A DNA stretch of 27,077 nt from Rhizodiscina lignyota (taxonomy: Eukaryota). The stretch covers positions 248,001-275,077 of the forward strand of contig ML978141.1 of NCBI GenBank assembly GCA_010015805.1. Direction: 5' to 3'. Made by a program: the position numbers and the translations under genes. Shown here piece by piece: positions 23,901 to 27,077 of the stretch; position 1 is the first letter of the stretch, and each line of letters starts with the position of its first letter. Under the pieces are notes generated by a model that saw only the letters and a list, made by a program, of their open reading frames with translations, did not search any database and was not told where the DNA came from.

Positions 23901-26618
23901 TATTAGGACACGGACAGGGTTAGAAAGGCGATCTAGAAGGCTAGCATAACATATTTAGGGGTAAGGATAAACATTATATATTAGAGGTATAGTAGCAAGG
24001 CGATTTATAGGTAGTATATTAATAATAAGGCTATTATCTAAGCTATTACGAGAGGAGATAAGGACGGTAGGTAGTAAGGAGAGGACAAGGGGGGGGAGGG
24101 GCAGCATGTTAATAGGTTTAATTAAAGAGAGGTCGGATTCTATTTGTAGACAGGCTACAGCGCGTAGATAAGAGAGGGTATATATAGTAGGGGCGTCGAT
24201 AAGTCGCTATTCTATACTATAGCGTAGCGGGTCATGTTTTAGAAGGTTAGTAAGGAGTAGCATAAGTTTTTAATATTCGAATCGGCGTTGTAGGAGCCGG
24301 CTAAGTAGGGTTTAGTAGCGGCCCGTAAGAGGTAGCAGGCGGAGGAAGAAGAGTTTAGGAGGTAGGTAGTAATATAAAAGATAGACATAAGGAAGTAGTT
24401 GTAGAAGTTGGTTAGGCTAGACGCAGAGTTTAGAGGGTTATAGGAGCTAGCGATTAAGGTGATTATATAGTAGAAAAGCCTAGTAGTAGCGATTATAGCG
24501 ACAGGAGAGGGTAAGAGTTTGTTATTTATATTACTAGCGTTTTATTCTACGGGCATAATAGTAGTAGTAGTACCGTTAATTATGTTAAGGCAGGATATAG
24601 CGGCTAGATGTAAGGTAGTAGGGATAGAGTGCGTAGAGTAGAGTAGCGCGAGGCCGTACGAGTAGGCGTCGATCGTGTTCGTAACGCCGGAGTTAGCGGT
24701 AAGTATAGTATTTAGCTAGTTTTTAAACAGGTAGAGGGCGATAGGCTAGTTAGATTAAGTAGTAATTAACGAGTGCTACGTAGTATTAGATTCGAGTGAG
24801 GGGGGCGGGTAGAGGAGTTAGGTTTTGCGGTTAAGGGAGTTAATCGGGGTAGAGATACAGATAGTATTTTTAATAGTGATATTACTACCGGCGGACGAGC
24901 TAGAGTTTAAAAGATTAATAGGGTTTAGCGGTAGTAATAGTAAGAAGAGAGGCGGTAGTAGCGGTAGCGGTAGTAGGGAGAGCAATAGTAGTAGTAATAG
25001 AGAGAGTAGTAGTAGTAGTAAAAGAGAGAGTATAGAAGGAGAGGGAGAGGGAGAGAAAGAGGGAGAGAGAGAGTATTAGTTTAAGGCGCCGACTATAAAG
25101 AAGAATATTAAATACTAGGTAATTTTTCATAGCTAGGCGGAAGAGGAGGAGACAGTAGTTAGATTAGTAGAAGAGAAGAGGGTATAGTATGTGATACTAA
25201 GCTAGATTATAGTATATTACGATACAGTCAAGAAGATAGAGAGGTTAGTAAAGGTTTTAGGGTATAAGTATTTCTATAGAGTAGTAGGCGGTAAAGAAGA
25301 AAAGGCGAAGTTGTTACAGGTGTTGAAAGAAGGCACGGAGCAGGTTTTCACGGCGACAAACGCGTTGGGATTGGGGGTTGATGCGCCGACGATTAGGGTG
25401 GTCATACACGTGGGCAGGGTGAGGAAGTTGAGGAGTTTCGTATAGGAGAGTAGTAGGGCGGGCAGGGATAGGAGGGTATATAAGTCGATTGTATTATAGG
25501 CGGTTAAGGTCGATTAGAGGACGGGCAAGGTTATATAGGAGGATAAGAGCTAGTAGGGGATAGAGGATAATATAATAGAGTTTGTAGATTCGTAGGGCAA
25601 TAGCTAGTATAGGAGGGCGGTATTAGATAGGGTAATAGACGGTAAGAGGGATAGGAAGGGGTGTAAGGAGGGAGAGAAGGCGTGTAACGTGTGTTATAGG
25701 AGGCGATTGCAGGAGGGAGAAGGGTAGTTATAGGGGGAGGGATTGTAGTAGCAGATAGGATTGTAGTAGGTAGAGGGATTGTAGTAGTAGAAGGGATTGT
25801 AGCAGGCAGAGGGATTGTAGCAGGCGGAATTACAGCAGGTAGAATTGTAGTAGGCGTACATATACAGCTAGAGTAGGCAGAGTAAGAGGAGAGGGAGAAA
25901 GAGGGTTATTAATAAGAATAGTAATAATAGTAGGGATAGAAGTAGGGACGAGAGGGAAAGGCAAGAGTTAAGGATAGAGTTCAACAGGGAGATGACAAGG
26001 CGCAGGGCCAGAGCAAAGGGCGAGAGGGTATCACAACAAGAACAGATGATTGTAGAGCAGAGGTTAGAGGATATATTAGAGGAGTAGCGCGCGGGTTATG
26101 TATATTGTCATGCGATAGGCGATAGGGCGTACGCAGGGCACGAGTTTAAGGAGTGTTTAAGGGTAGGAAGTAAGGTCGACGTAGAGATATTTAGAGAGGT
26201 AGTTAGAGAGGTTAAAGAGGGCGTTAAGTAGCAGAGGTTTACGGGTTATTAGGGTTGTAGGGTACTATAGGGGGTTTACAGGATGTAGGAGTTAAATAAG
26301 GTAAACAGTAGGTAGAAGTAGCGAAGGCAAAGGGTTTTCTAGTACTAGTATAGGAAAGGAGTATTAATTAAGGCGGTAGTAGCGTTATAGTACGTAAAAG
26401 GGGAAGAGTTTAAGGGGTAGGTAAGAGGGGAGAGGGGGTGGGAGCGGGAGTTTTTTAACAACAAAGGTAGGAGGGGTAAGGATATAGATATTAAGGTTAG
26501 CAATAATGACGATTTAGGGGGGTTTAAGAGGTTGTTAGTCAAGTAGTTAGGGTTTAAGGAGATAGTAGGCGGGTTCGAGAGTAACAACGCGTGCAAGGTG
26601 TTAATTCGATTCGAGTAG
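20913..26618 (+). pseudogene. RIP-inactivated ~1900-codon ORF: C2H2/DUF3505-like domain, tyrosine-recombinase-like region, RecQ DEAD/DEAH helicase, RQC zinc domain, Cys-rich C-terminus (telomere-linked helicase-like)
   Basis: All motifs lie in one frame: IICRKCRYAV..HL..KH (~20960-21030, de-RIP), TGEGKSLLF (24501-24527, literal), VI[D]EC[H]V (24762-24782), QVFTATNALGLGVDAPTIRVVIHVG (25341-25415, literal), [Q]ES[G]RAGRD (25443-25469), C-RR..C..CxxC (~25608-25694). The ancestral stop is either 26618 or 26639. Confidence 0.92.
25735..25855 (+). repeat. Degenerate 18-bp tandem repeat (gagggattgtagcaggca; ancestral EGLQQA-like)
   Basis: ggattgtag recurs every 18 bp between ~25740 and ~25820, followed by shorter degenerate units. 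Confidence 0.8.
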
Positions 26619-26793
26619 CAGCGTTTGTTTGTTTATTAATTGTCAGATTAAGCGGGCGAATTCAAGGCGATTCTAAGGCAGTTTTCAAGCATGAATTCGA
26701 GACAGCGCTAGTTGCGTAGGGAGTATTAGCGGTAGGAGAGAAGGGGGCGATCCGATAGGTATTTGCCGCGCAAGGTAGGCGAGTTGTTATAGT

Positions 26794-27008
26794 ACGATTT
26801 AAGGTTAGTAAGGCCGTTTATAGGGTTTAAGTTAGAGGAGGTTTTTATAGCGATCGCGTCGACGGATTTAGATAGTAGCAGTAGGATTAGTAGCAGTAGG
26901 GACAGTAGTAGTAGGAGAGGTGATTAGTACGACCGTAACCGCCCCCGTTTTTAAATAGTTAGGACGATTTAAGGTTAGTAAGGCTGTTTATAGGGTTTAA
27001 GTTAGAGG
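26794..27008 (+). repeat. 45-bp direct repeat pair in the 3' region of element B (26794-26838 and 26964-27008)
   Basis: acgatttaaggttagtaaggc(c/t)gtttatagggtttaagttagagg occurs twice with one mismatch. Confidence 0.9.
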
Positions 27009-27077
27009 GGCAAGTTTAGAGATGTTTTAGGGTAGTTTTCGAGGCGATTTCAGAGTAGTTTTCAAGTAGGAATTCTA

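Larger units (their letters stand above)
11590..27077. repeat. RIP-mutated repeat block
   Basis: Abrupt enrichment of TpA and depletion of CpA/TpG, and loss of long ORFs through TAG/TAA codons. Where I compared the two B copies, differences are almost all C/T and G/A transitions. Confidence 0.95.
20215..27077 (+). mobile_element. Element B copy 2, apparently full coding length; right end not identified in the window
   Basis: Same left terminus as copy 1, ~700 bp leader, ~5.7 kb relic ORF, then a repetitive 3' region running off the window. Confidence 0.85.

Noticed and set aside
25735..25855. Regular repeats as a CRISPR-like array
   Set aside because: Eukaryotic context, no unique spacers, and the repeat is an in-frame coding repeat.
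13692..26596. Minus-strand Leu/Ser-rich ORFs (13692-13931, 21548-21778, 24915-25130, 26345-26596) resembling membrane or signal peptides
   Set aside because: Antisense readings of purine-rich, RIP-mutated low-complexity tracts.
26927..26955. gtacgaccg as a candidate right end echoing the de-RIPed left terminus
   Set aside because: Only 9 bp and dependent on reconstruction. The sequence after it does not resume B1 at the expected cggtaacaac.
20215..27077. Helitron interpretation
   Set aside because: The helicase motifs are SF2 RecQ type (DECH, QESGRAGRDG), not PIF1/SF1, and no HUH Rep motifs were seen.

Overview
Fungal (filamentous ascomycete-type) DNA in two sharply separated compartments. 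Bases 1-~11.55 kb are ordinary gene space with GT-AG introns. They hold a GFA/CENP-V-family gene, a large secreted modular protein, a small orphan ORF, an NLR-like STAND gene (HeLo-like N-terminus, NACHT, ankyrin) and a frameshifted fungal-specific transcription-factor-domain gene whose 5' end abuts the repeat block. Bases ~11.6 kb to the end are TpA-rich DNA heavily mutated by RIP (repeat-induced point mutation). Reversing the C>T/G>A changes by eye shows three relics of a long single-ORF element related to fungal telomere-linked RecQ helicases. Element A (ORF from ~12505) is cut at 16726 by element B copy 1 (16727-20214). Copy 1 is in turn cut by element B copy 2 (20215 to the window end, ORF ~20913-26618). 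In both families the ORF reads C2H2/DUF3505-like zinc domain, then a region with tyrosine-recombinase-like R..K..R..H-x8-Y motifs, then a RecQ helicase. With the precise shared left end and the nested arrangement, this suggests a self-mobile recombinase-helicase DNA element. All de-RIP translations are manual inferences and no database search was run.
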